This document shows, piece after piece, positions 25,140 through 35,110 of a DNA stretch of 64,000 bases. The DNA is taken from assembly GCA_002633005.1 (NCBI GenBank), contig NMRA01000191.1, positions 668,378-732,377 on the forward strand, given 5' to 3'. Each line of letters starts with the position of its first letter. Position 1 is the stretch's first letter. The notes below the pieces were generated by a model. It ran no database searches. It was not told the origin of the DNA and was given only the letters and a program-made list of their open reading frames with translations. A program made the translations under genes and the position numbers. The DNA is from Phoronis australis (Eukaryota > Animalia > Phoronida).

Positions 25140-26112
25140 CATCATTACTTTTATTATTTTTCATTGTTCTTGTTGTTGTTATTATAACTTTGAAATGTCC
25201 TGTAGCGGAAGTGGAACGTCGAAATGGTGGACATCATGGCAGCATTACCGGATAAGATGTTAACTACAGCAGCAGCCGCCATTACGTATGCTCTGACCCG
25301 ATATACGGATAGGGAGGTGAGGAAAATAGAATCCAGTTTTAAAAATAACTGATATGGTATGGTCACCGTTTAGGATTGCATTGTATTAAACCGTGTGAAT
25401 TCCGCGTGCTGTTGCTGATGTATATATGGGGCAGGCAATAAAGCATGTTGACTCAGGTCTTCCAATTAAAAGCCATTTCGTTATTGCTTGAGACCAGCCT
25501 CTACAAGTAGCTTGACACCACGCGTCATGTTGAATACATAAGAGGACACTTGCTTCAAGTTATATGCCTAGAATAGAAAGAAATTTCAGCGGTGCCACCA
25601 TAATTGAATTATCAAATGTTCAATTTGTTAGGGGTCTTCAATGGATTTCAATGTTATAACAAATCCTTATCGACCACTTTAAGCTTCTGAATTTTTCACT
25701 CGTTGACAGCTGTGAGCGAGTTGATGATTCGGATGAAATTTTGCATACTCATGTCATAGTCTATAGCCGAGGGAAGACTAGTCCCAGATTTTTTTCTTTT
25801 GTTTTAAAACAACATAGATATCGGTCACAGCTAGGACTGTAGTCAGCCTCTCCTGGCATTGATTGGTACAATGTAAGTTGTGCATCGATTGGTGGAAAAT
25901 TTGCTAATCAAGAAACTTTGATAACATTGCAGGTGTTCCTTGGTGAATTTCCGGATGACATATTTGCAGAGGACGAGGCCATTGCGTCCCAGGCGAATTT
26001 GAAAAAGAGGCTTGACGAAATTACAAAAAAGATTGAGGCCAGAAACAACAATAGAGAATTTCAGTATTTGTATCTTCTCCCTAAAAGGATCCCATCCAGT
26101 ATTGCTGCCTAA
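8131..26112 (+). CDS. Lipoxygenase A (arachidonate/ALOX5-like animal LOX, PLAT + catalytic domain), 11 coding exons, about 683 aa; frameshift in exon 5 (pseudogene allele or assembly error)
   Basis: Exons 8131-8150, 12980-13074, 13634-13794, 16094-16372, 17380-17479, 17994-18198, 18499-18940, 19594-19844, 20068-20274, 25206-25316, 25933-26112. All introns are GT-AG and phases are consistent except exon 5 (100 nt, needs 3n+2). Motifs: HQMGTHLMGTH, YRDDALLLW, QHAAVNFGQF, C-terminal IPSSIAA*. Confidence 0.93.
8823..9045 (+). mobile_element. Degenerate tRNA-derived SINE in LOX-A intron 1
   Basis: Similar to 6121-6330 (ACCCTTGAATGAGGTTTCT...CGGTTTTAA...CAGGTGATCA); probable positional counterpart at 47652-47850. 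Confidence 0.55.
11889..12044. mobile_element. MITE (CAG...CTG termini) with 5-bp target-site duplication
   Basis: tctac|CAGGGGCGGATCC...AATCAACCACTG|tctac. Confidence 0.6.
12980..13074 (+). CDS. LOX-A exon 2 (PLAT domain N-terminus)
   Basis: ttatttcag|G IYSAEVVTSAGKRTSGWKGTGTNDSVHLTLHG|gtgggt. Confidence 0.9.
13634..13794 (+). CDS. LOX-A exon 3 (PLAT domain)
   Basis: TEGTTERMLLDKWWQNDLETGAHDVY...DDWHLDK|gtatcc. Confidence 0.92.
15850..15987. mobile_element. Short MITE-like repeat (second copy at about 43146-43288)
   Basis: CGTTCAGTAA.GCTAGGA ... TCCTAGCGTCTACTGAACG inverted ends; very similar copy at 43146-43288; not seen in the paralogous LOX-B intron 3. Confidence 0.6.
16094..16372 (+). 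CDS. LOX-A exon 4
   Basis: VVITHNETGEKTSFPFYDWL...DLPRFVQFHDAKAYDFK|gtacag. Confidence 0.92.
17380..17479 (+). CDS. LOX-A exon 5 (apparent frameshift near 17436-17441)
   Basis: ttcacag|ENFDSAVRMFGISSIVERF, then a frame change to TWDKPEYLADIAM(R)|gtaatt. Confidence 0.8.
17994..18198 (+). CDS. LOX-A exon 6
   Basis: HSSAEELEFQKFYVDRWDDDTVFGNLVLSGPNPVLIRRC..LPSNFPVT...AEMQ|gtttgt. Confidence 0.93.
18499..18940 (+). CDS. LOX-A exon 7 (two iron-ligand His; Coffa site)
   Basis: KGYVYILNY...LVPIAIKL...WTLAKLYAKNADSQIHQMGTHLMGTH...[26 protein letters not shown]|gtaagt. Confidence 0.95.
19594..19844 (+). CDS. LOX-A exon 8
   Basis: RGVDDTELLPNYHYRDDALLLWDAI...YYKSDSDVEADGELQNFMKE|gtaaaa. Confidence 0.95.
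20068..20274 (+). CDS. LOX-A exon 9 (third iron His and Asn)
   Basis: VTMVIFNCSCQHAAVNFGQF...LRQLPPD|gtaagt. Confidence 0.95.
20575..23065 (+). mobile_element. Helentron-associated (HINE/DINE-1-like) non-autonomous element with internal tandem array of about 165-bp diverged monomers
   Basis: 5' TTTTTATGTGCCCAC..GTGGGTGCGTATTG hairpin followed by a CTGTC/CCGTC-rich tract; recurring monomer core GGGAAGAGCGTTTC..GATGAT..AGAACCG..ACAGATTTCA.TGAAACTT.ACAC from about 21200 to 22400. Related heads at 26551 and 57850. Confidence 0.6.
23776..24853 (+). mobile_element. Kolobok DNA transposon, family A, internally deleted (THAP start + at 24045; KolX start - at 24523)
   Basis: TTAA TSDs at 23772-23775 and 24854-24857; AGG...CCT termini; TIRs of about 160 bp; MPHCCYVPGC..SLHRFPKD THAP; MAGVGDPYHSDSS..YMFEP KolX. 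Confidence 0.85.
25081..25146. repeat. (ATC)n microsatellite
   Basis: About 20 consecutive ATC units, 60 bp upstream of the exon 10 acceptor. Confidence 0.95.
25206..25316 (+). CDS. LOX-A exon 10 (not in the ORF track)
   Basis: cctgtag|RKWNVEMVDIMAALPDKMLTTAAAAITYALTRYTDRE|gtgagg; 111 nt, phase 0-0; fits the IxxxLP...L(S/T) segment of LOXs. Confidence 0.88.
25933..26112 (+). CDS. LOX-A exon 11 (terminal)
   Basis: VFLGEFPDDIF...IEARNNNREFQYLYLLPKRIPSSIAA*. Confidence 0.95.
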   Translation: MFLGEFPDDIFAEDEAIASQANLKKRLDEITKKIEARNNNREFQYLYLLPKRIPSSIAA

Positions 26113-26241
26113 GTGATTTGTCTACTGCCTTAAGGAAACAAAATCCATGCATTTTCACGTTGATCAACTAATCCTTTGCGAAAGTTTTACAAGCATTCAC
26201 GTAACTTGTAGTCTTGCTTTTTTGAAAATAGCTTATTGGAG

Positions 26242-26247
26242 AATAAA
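26242..26247 (+). terminator. Candidate polyadenylation signal of LOX-A
   Basis: AATAAA 130 nt after the stop codon, followed by T/GT-rich sequence. Confidence 0.5.
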
Positions 26248-26550
26248 ACAACATTTTTGCTTGAAACTGGTGTTTGAATTCGTATAACATGTCTAAAGGT
26301 AAGGTTTATTTCTTCTTGAAGTTTGGTGTTTGGGTGTACTTATTTAGCGATTAAGCGTGGGAGCGTATAACTTTGGTGCGTGCTTTAATGTGACAAGATT
26401 TAGCACCATTTACACAAACATTCGCTGACTTAGTTTGGAACCTGAAAAATAAACTGCAGCTATTACCAATTGGTCTTATCTTGTGCCTTACTCAGCTCAG
26501 AAAGTTTCAGGTCACGCCGCGACATTATTGGTGTTACGACCAAAAAACGC

Positions 26551-27000
26551 ATTTTTATGTGCCCACGCATACATGTAGAGATGCATATTGCCGTTATCGC
26601 TGTCTGAGAGTCCGCGTTTGCGACGAGGGACGGTAGATCTGGCCATTCCAAGTGACAATATTAGTTTTCTTTTACGGTTGCCTCGATATCTTCAAAGTTT
26701 GCTGATGGAGTTTCTTGGAATTTGATATATAGGTTTCAGTTTAAGAGAAGACGACGCCGGGCGGATTTGTCTTATCCTGCGCCATCAAATGGCCAACCGC
26801 AGAGAGTGAATGTTCGGACTTTATATTTGCCAAATATCGGTGATGGTGGAAACCTTTCCAAGTTCCTTTATGTTCAAAGTTTGGCAAGTTCAGCGCCCAG
26901 TTCATTGTGTCAAGTTTGTGGCGAAATGAAAATTTATTTCGCCATTAGATTTGCCGATAGAATAGGTGACGACCAGGAGTATTCAAAGATTTCTGATCTC
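26551..27000 (+). mobile_element. Partial HINE-like element
   Basis: Same head (ATTTTTATGTGCCCAC...TATTGCCGTTATC.CTGTCTG) as 20575. Confidence 0.5.
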
Positions 27001-27741
27001 ATCTTCATGATATTTTTCGAAAAAAAAATCCTTTGTTCTCAGAAAATGGATCCGCGCACAGCGGTAAAAGAAGTAGTGTTTTTTACCGAACGCCTTGTAA
27101 TAGAATTGCATTGAAGAGAGTTTGGTTCACACTTGGTAAAAACAAATATACCAAGAGAAGGAAAACAAAAAAACAAGAACAAAATCATACAGTAATAGAG
27201 GAGAACGTATTTAACAAGAGAATAATAAACATAAAACAAAATAAAGCAACACAATAAGCTTAGCATAGATATTAACGCAAATCCTTATTATGACATTTGA
27301 AAATACATTTACTAAGATTTCTAAGTAATAAACCATCACAGTAGTGATTTAAAAAGTGACAACCATTTTACACAAAACTAGTTTTTCATGCTTATTACTA
27401 ACATTTTGAAAATCTAACCAGATATGTTCGTTAGATTGCAGATTGCGAAAGAGCTGTTCACGTTCAGCTTTATAGACGGGGCATGAAAGCAAGTAGTGAG
27501 CATGGCTATTAATAGCACCAGATGTATCTCGTTTATGCCACTAGTTTACAGCCAAATTTGATGTATTATCAATTTCGTGGATAACTGTATGTAAATAGAT
27601 TATCAAGTGATGTTAATAAATAATACTTGCATAGTTACAACGAGGAAGAATGAAAGAGTTATAAATCAACACTAAGTGGCAACTGGAAAGATATTTCGAA
27701 AGATTTTTGAGTGGATGGAGAACTTTTTAATTTTTTGATTA

Positions 27742-27858
27742 GATGAACACAATTATGATTCACAGTGTATTGAGAATTAAGATGAACACAATTATGATTC
27801 ATAGTGTATTGAGAATTAAGATGAACACAATTATGATTCATAGTGTATTGAGAATCAA
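27742..27858. repeat. Minisatellite, 3 x 39 bp
   Basis: GATGAACACAATTATGATTCAyAGTGTATTGAGAATyAA in direct tandem with no spacers. Confidence 0.95.
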
Positions 27859-28352
27859 GCAGAACGTCACCCAAATGCTTTTCCTATGTTTTGAATGTGT
27901 TGTAACAACGTACAACATTTGCGATTTACAGAGTAAAATGTCCCTTTAAAAAAGACGATTCTTTCAAAGACTGCACTAATTGTAGTAATTTAATGACAAT
28001 TTGAACAACTTGAAATACACCAACAAACGTAAAGCAACTCAGATTTCAAAACTTGCCAAGTGAACTGAGGTAAAATAACTAACTACAGCGTATACACCGA
28101 TTGTCATATTTATCACCTGAACTATCGTGTGATAGTGTCCGATATATTGCATGGGCTATCAGATATGATGATAATAATAATTATAATTATAATGGTAATG
28201 ACAATGATGATAATAATATTAAAATAATAATAAATAACAAAAACAACAGTAATAATGATAATAGTAATAATAATAATTGATAATAATAATAATAGTACAA
28301 AAAGACAATCAAACACTACCATCGTTTTTAATAGAAATGAAAACCCAAGCAC

Positions 28353-28556
28353 CAGGGGCCTGTCTCAAGAAAACTCACTTAGCTAAGATAAATCTTAAAT
28401 TTCAGTCAATATTAAAGTAAAATTTAAGTTTGTCTCAAGTCTATTTCAAGAAAGAGATCTTAAGTTCCACTTAACTTTTTTACTTAGGTTTTCTCTTAAT
28501 TTTGACTAATTTGATGAATGTGGAAGTTTCAAAGTCAGTTTCTTGGAACGGGTTCT
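28353..28556. mobile_element. MITE (PIF/Harbinger-like ends)
   Basis: GGGGCCTGTCTCAAGAAA ... TTTCTTGGAACGGGTTCT imperfect TIRs; AT-rich interior with TTAAG repeats. Confidence 0.45.
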
Positions 28557-28913
28557 AGATCTGTTCACTCAAAGTCGATGGATATACTAACCTTGGAGAG
28601 TACGCAAAGATTTGTATATTCAATTTGCAGTGTCAAACGAGTATCCAACCCACATCTTCTAATACTAAACTCAACATCCGACATACAACTCCTCATCGAT
28701 CAGGGAGTACAAAAGCGGCTTCCGGCCAAATCTCAAACTCCAAAGAACAAGACGGACCGAGTACGGAAAACTACAAAATTACTCTGAGATAGGGCAATAA
28801 ACACTTCCACGGAAATAAAAAACTAAATTCTGAACAAAAAATGCTTTAAAAAGTACAACCAATCAATTATGTAAACCTGTAGACCAACACTTCAACGTTA
28901 TTAGAAATCGCAC

Positions 28914-30993
28914 CTAAAACTTTAGTTGCATTGTGGTCATATTCTTAAAAGGACCATTTCTAAAGTTGCAAACAGTAGGTGTGCAAGTGCTCAAGTGGGC
29001 TACGTCTCTCGGTAAGGCCTCTTTCAAATTCTCCAGAGACACTTGGCATTCCATTCGGCTGCGGCCCAGCGTAAACTTGCTGTCCACGCATGCGTGGCAC
29101 CACATCCCGCAGACGGGGCGGCACAGAGTGGATTCGTCAAATGAGTCGTACTTAACCTCTTTTGCTCCACCCCCTGCTACACTGTAAATGCGAATTTTAC
29201 CCATCTTCTGACAGCAAACAGCTACCACTTTTGAGTCGTCTGTGAAGGCTACCAGATACCTAGCAGTAAAACGCATCCACATTTGAAGAACTTCTGACAC
29301 CGATACTTTCCGGTACGCCAACTTATAAGCGAAATTCATATTCACTCATGGACAATGTATGTTTTACAGAAGTTTAATAAAACGGTATGTAAGTTTGATC
29401 GGGCGCATCATTTGTTGACAGAAAAGATTCATGAAACGGGCTTTAGAACGTCACTGGGCATGTTAATCAGTGACTTTGTTGTGGAAATTCGGAATAGTGT
29501 CCACCTGGTAAAGGTTTTAGTCAGGAGGAAGTTTGTTTTTTGTGCAAAACAGTGTTCTTAATTAAAGGTTCGTCACAACCATTCAATTTCGCGTAGGTTC
29601 CTTCGGTGGATCAGTCAAAAGTTCTACTTGGTTAAACCTAGAAGTGGCATGCGCTGTATTCGCTGAGGGCAATACAATGCCCTATAACTGCTATTACCTG
29701 TAAGGTCCTCCATATCCAATGCAAGGATAACGTGCGGGTTTCCTCTCGCTATCCAGCTCTTTTATAAATTCGACAGAATTTCCATCAAAATTCAGTCGGA
29801 AAAGAAGCAATCGCACCACCTGGCTGTGGACCTGAAAGTAAAAATGTAGCAAACAATGCCAAGGATTAACCGGACTGTGCAACGCCTAAGAAATTCAGAC
29901 AGACAGTCTAACCACCATAAACTTTGAAACAGAATCCTTTGAATCAGTGAGAAATCACAGACAGCTCGCGTACTGAAACTTACGTTGGCGTATACCTGAT
30001 ATATATATTTTTTAAGATTTTTATACTCGTGTAATTGTCTCCAAATTCGATGTCTTTTAGAGGCTAGCATAAAAGCCCTTTGGAAGTAACGATTTCACCA
30101 ACCTGCAAAACAACGACCATGGTTTCATCGGGTGACGGCACGATCTGAATTGGATGATAATCTTTATGTATGTAACTGTTTGGGCCTTGAATGCCTGAAA
30201 AATCAACTTCACCCAGTGATTCCATGTTTTCATTCCACAAATAACACTTGAAGCTGTTTCCAAGCGTTACGATTTTGCCTTTGATTGGCAGGAATGCATA
30301 ACCTTTCCCTAAGATTCTGCTTCCATTCAGGTAGGCGACGTCCTCTTCATTAACCTGGAATACATCTATCAACATATCGTCGTCATACGGCGGGAAACTT
30401 TTGTAGCCGGAAACGAGAATATTCTGTTTCCCATCTGCTGCGGTAAGACCATTTCTAATTCCTGTGACAAAATAAAAGTCGCCAATGCTTTCAGTCTTTT
30501 TTCCAGGCTCATTTGCTGTTGGAATGAGAATAAGGTCACCCGGGAAGTATTGCTCTTTTATGTACCACAAATATAATCTCGTTTTCTGTTGAGGGTCCTC
30601 TGTCGTTCTTCCACTGTCCAAAATAACAAACGAGCCATCACGTGACCAACATGGCGAGCAGGTGTAGTAGTTTTCACCAACAAGAGACGGATGCTTTATT
30701 CTTTTAGTTTCAGTTTCAGAGAACTTTTCCCACTGGGATTCTTGGAATCTAAAGCAAATAGCGGACATCTCAACTTCTCGTCCTCCAATCACGAACCACT
30801 GATAAACCATACGCGTGCAACCATCTTCGCCGTCGTGAAAAGCAATGTGGCAAAACGTACGTTTTCCGCTGGATTCTCTATATGGTGACTGCTCATTATC
30901 GATAAGCGACTCGTTCAAGCACAAATGACGTATCTGCAAAATGTGAACGGTTATGAGCTTAATCAGCAACAGCAACAAGGCGGTGTCAGTCAT
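28914..30993 (-). pseudogene. Decayed intronless beta-propeller/WD40-like gene (309-aa open segment plus downstream broken frames)
   Basis: Blade-turn motifs CWSRDGSFVIL, VPSPDETMVVV and AFTDDSKVVAV..GKIRIYSV in collinear minus-strand frames, separated by a stop at 30064 and frameshifts. Confidence 0.5.
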
Positions 30994-31599
30994 TCTTCAA
31001 TCACGGGTAATTTCATTCATAAAAACAAATATCTACCCGCGTTTAAATCTGGTCAACGACTGTGGCGAGTTATGCTGAATAACAATAATAATGCTTCTTT
31101 TGTAATCTCACAGCAAATGAAAACTTGCTGCTTTTGATAATGACTGCAGTCCCACTTATGCATGCAATCATTCATCTCAGTAATAGGCGTTCTGATTGAG
31201 ATTATTGCATGCATAAAATACACAATGATTTATATACTGCTGAAACACCTAGTGATGTTTTGGCGCTGCACATTGACGAAGAAAACAGAATTGTCTGTGT
31301 TATAACTGGGGCCGCACAATCGACCTAAAGATGGTGTTTTCGATTCGAAATATTTTACTTGCAATCTGAAACTTTTTGAATGTGTTTTTTTAATTGCTGA
31401 AACAAAATACTTGGTAGTGCTGTCTGTAAATGTGAGCTGCTTCAAACTGTCAGAATAAATATTGATTGTAAAATTAATTGAGTGAGTGAGTTCTTTTGAA
31501 GTTCCAAGGATTCTGATCCCAGTTGGCAGCCACAAAGTGATGTCATGTCCGCAGTCACTACCAGAGCACAGGTTAAGACCAGAGAGAGAGAGAGACCCA

Positions 31600-34500
31600 T
31601 TAACCCTTTGGCGGTGACTCCATCTGCTGACAAGCAAATGCACGATGCTTTCATTCGTAAGCTCATGGAACAAGCTGAGAAAGACCAAGTCAACAAGAAC
31701 AATTGAAAGAAGCAAACGGGGGTGCTGTACCTATGGTATGTTGATGACACCATAGAGTTGAGTCAAATAGTTGTCCCAGTCAAATATCCAAAAAGGGTCA
31801 TGACACTAGCTCATTAGTCAATTGTTGGTGTGAAGAAGACCAGCGACAGCAAAGCCAATAGCTTTTATTTATCAGGAGTCGTCAATGACGTAAATCGCTT
31901 TTACAGATCATGTGACATCTGCCAGCGGACAACTCCTACGGGTAGAATCTCTAAAGTGCCTTTGGGTGAGATGCCACTTACGGAAGAACAATTTCAGCGT
32001 ATCGCTGTTGATTTCATTGGTCCTGTGTCGCCAATCACAGACAGAGGCAACCGGTACATTCTCACCATCCTGTACTATGCCACAAAGTACCCAGAGACAG
32101 TACCTCTACCTCTAACTCTACCCAGAACAGACGATGAGCGGTGGCACTATATGAAGCCTTCTGGAAGAAATGTGTCTTCATGAGAAGTTCTCAGTGAATG
32201 TGGGGCACCGTGCTTAAGAAACTGTGGATTGACAATGAAACACCAGAAGTACGAAACACTTATGGGTATGTCCTCGACTTAAAGGAGAATGCCACCCGAT
32301 TTAACTAGTCTTTTTTGCCGTCTTAATCGGTCTATATCCACATCGCCTCGCACACGGTCGACCTTACCATGCCAAGAGGTGTCGTGTTAACCTGTGAAGA
32401 AGGTGAGAAACGACGCTAACGACGTCAGTGGTTCAAATGCAGAATGAATGCCGCTATGTTGCAGTGCATCGTTCCCGCTTGTCCGAAGTAAGCAGCTGCG
32501 AGGAAAGCGGGTATATCGTTTTTTTTACTTCCTCGAGAGTGCGAAATGCTTAGGAAGTGGCTCATTGCAGTGAAGAATGAAATGTACGCTGTAAATATCA
32601 AGTATGAGGGCGTGAAACATCTCCGTGTCTGTGGCCTGCAGACGTGAGTGCCTGACGAATGCCGGCTTACCAAATAACTCCATGCGTTCCGTTGTCTGAG
32701 CTTGTTCACGGCGTCTCTCTAGTATTTCTTCATCACTGTATTCCTGTTCGAATTGACAGCCTGTAAAACTTAACGATCCACCTGCGAAGTGGGAACTGAT
32801 GAGCTCTAGCTCGTCCTAAGTCGGGATTGCGAATTGCCATGTTGGCGTTTATTACTGAGCGTTCAGTTTCAAAATGAATTATTCTCACCCTCATTAGATG
32901 GAACTTGTAATGCCTTTGGAGTGTTCGTGAGAAGCCAGAAATGAATAAATCACTGCGATACCGGCTTTAGGTGCAATAAACTAATTGACGGGACACCGAG
33001 GCCGTGTGAGATCATGCTAATTTAGTGTTTGCTGGCAGAAACTGTTGTGAAAGAACTCGATTTCCATCCCACGGCCAGGTGTTAGGGGAATCTTTATTTA
33101 CATTTACATTACTCAAATAATGATTGTCAATGTACAACTTCTACCCTGACGGTGCTGCGGACAAAGCGGAGCGTTAACCTGAATTAGCGGCCCCCGACGA
33201 GTTTGCAGTTTCATGGTTGATTCGTACCGCCAACAAAGTAATCACGTGCACATTACTTTGGCTCACTAGAATAGTATTTTCTTGACTGGAAGTTTAGTTT
33301 CCACTGAACTTTGTCTGGTTTATGTTCGTGATGTCTGATCAGTTTCCGAGCCACTGGCCGATCTAGGTTCTCCTTTCTGTATCTCACGGACAATACTTCG
33401 AAATTATCTCCGAACAGACCCCTAACTCCTGCTCGGACCTTATTGGCCTGTCGAACTTAGTAGGCTACTGTGCGTCCAAATACCAATAAATCCGTAAGAG
33501 CGAAATAAAACAGCACGTTTTTATAAGAACTCGGTGTATTTTTAAGGATTTTAAATCGAAGTTTGATGATTTATTGGTGTTAAACGATGACTTCAAGCTA
33601 TAAGCTGACACCAGTAACCCGTGTTGTGAACTGCTGAACGGACTGTGTGTGAAACCGATGACGTCATTGGATAATTTCAACACCTCCGTCTGCCGTCAGG
33701 TGTCAGGTAACGCAACCGTACGTGTCGTTATGGAGTAGAACTACTCGATCTAAATTGATATAAATTAGGTTGTTTTTTGGGTGGCATGCGCCTTTAATGG
33801 TAGAGAAATGCGGACTGATGGGGAAAAACGTAGGGAATGTTGGGAAAGTGAAGCATACAAGCACCAATATGACAAGACGGAACGAGATCGTCGCTCTCAA
33901 AGTTGGAGACAAAGTCCTAATACTGTTACCAACCGATAGTAACAAGCTTCCACTGCAGTGGAAGAGTCCCTATGAAGTGATCGAGGTACTCAACAAAGTG
34001 GACTACCGAGTATAAGCTCTGGTAGGAAGGCCACGACATACCATGCCAACCTGCTGAAACTGTACATATCTCGTGAACTAAGTGTGATTGTAAGTAATTC
34101 TGACATTGCATCCATAGCTGTACGTCAGCTTGGAATGGGTAAATAAAGTTGGCGTTGTAGATGATGAGCACCTAATGCTTGATTGAATCCATCAATCAAG
34201 AGTCGGTGAGAGTCGAGGCATATCCTCTACCATATGCCTCACGGTCTGCTGCGCAGGAAAAGTTTGGCAACATGTTAAAGTTTGGAGTAATAGAACCATA
34301 TGATGCTCCCTACAACTCTCCGGTGGTCTCGGTGAAGAAGAGACATATGGTTAAAATCTGTTCTGTATTGATGAACGCATCACCAATTTCGACTCGGAAC
34401 CACTGGGCAACCCTCGGATGACATCACTGCTAGGACGAGTAAATACCAGTACTGCACAAAGCTTCTGGCAAGTCATTCCCCCGGAGGAATCACGGCCTAA

Positions 34501-35110
34501 GACCTCGTTGGGTTGGATCTCGTTCCTTCAATGTCTTTGGACATGTGATCGGTGAAGAGCACTAGGCAATGGGCATCTCTCGTGGCGCTTTTTATTGCCC
34601 ATCTTTCCAGAGATTATTATTTTAGCTTCATGTTATTTGTACACTCATATTTCTGTACCTTATCAGTCATAATAAATGACCTTATATCGCCTATACACGA
34701 TCTCCTTTGTATCTCTGGAAACGGAGCTTGCGACGCACCTACTATTTTCGGGACATATTCCGAGCATAAAAGCTGGGACGCATCCAAGATGCACTACGCC
34801 CCGAACGAAAAGACAAGTTCGTTATTTTCTCGGGTTGGCTGGGTATTACAAGGAAGTTCATCCCAAACTGCGCTGAAATCGATGTCCCGATTACCGACTG
34901 TACAAAAAAACAACTCAATTCTGTGACACTCTTTGAGATCTGCTGACGAGAAGACCCATGCTGAGATCACTCGATTTCAGTAGACCCTTTATTGTTCAAA
35001 GTGATGCGTCAGACACAGGTATAGGCTGAATTTTGTTGCAGGATTATGATGATAGCAAAATATGGTTTCCTGGGAAACTGAATTAATCAGTCATTGAGGG
35101 AGAGAATGTG
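31600..35110 (+). mobile_element. Degraded Gypsy LTR retrotransposon with integrase upstream of RT/RNase H (Gmr1-type order), split by a Kolobok insertion
   Basis: IN zinc finger and core (SCDICQR...FQRIAVDFIGP...RGNRYILT) at 31760-32120; IN GPY/F tail (KVGDKVLILLP...WKSPYEV) at 33880-34070; RT start (YPLPY...GVIEP...YNSPVV) at 34180-34350; RNase H start (PFIVQSDASDTGIG) near 34985. Confidence 0.8.
32283..33793 (+). mobile_element. Kolobok DNA transposon, family B, internally deleted (THAP + from 32456; KolX-like - from 32840)
   Basis: TTAA|AGGAGAATGCCACCC ... GGGTGGCATGCGCCT|TTAA. The + frame gives MLQCIVPACPK*...ISFFLLPRE..LRKWLIAVK...HLRVCG (THAP). The - frame gives GCQFEQEYSDEEILERRREQAQ (KolX FEPEY-like motif). 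Confidence 0.8.

Larger units (their letters stand above)
23250..25146 (+). mobile_element. 3' remnant of a LINE (ORF2 C-terminal region) split by a Kolobok insertion, possibly ending in an (ATC)n tail
   Basis: RSSTHTLEIENGRR before the insertion and RTCNVY...DEYYVTLSC after it match the RxxxHxLxIExGR...CxxC...DExH...C signature of non-LTR ORF2 ends. Confidence 0.6.

Noticed and set aside
25070-25255. Ser-rich ORF with hydrophobic stretch
   Set aside because: Translation of the (ATC)n/(GTT)n microsatellite; the real exon 10 is in another frame.
27742-27858. 39-bp repeats as a CRISPR array
   Set aside because: The units are contiguous with no spacers, there are no cas genes and the context is eukaryotic; it is a minisatellite.
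28122-28352. Ile-rich membrane-protein-like ORF
   Set aside because: Low-complexity (ATA/ATG)n tract.
31230-31715. 161-aa minus-strand ORF as a host gene
   Set aside because: Partly antisense to the Gypsy relic and includes an (AG)n tract; no motif support.
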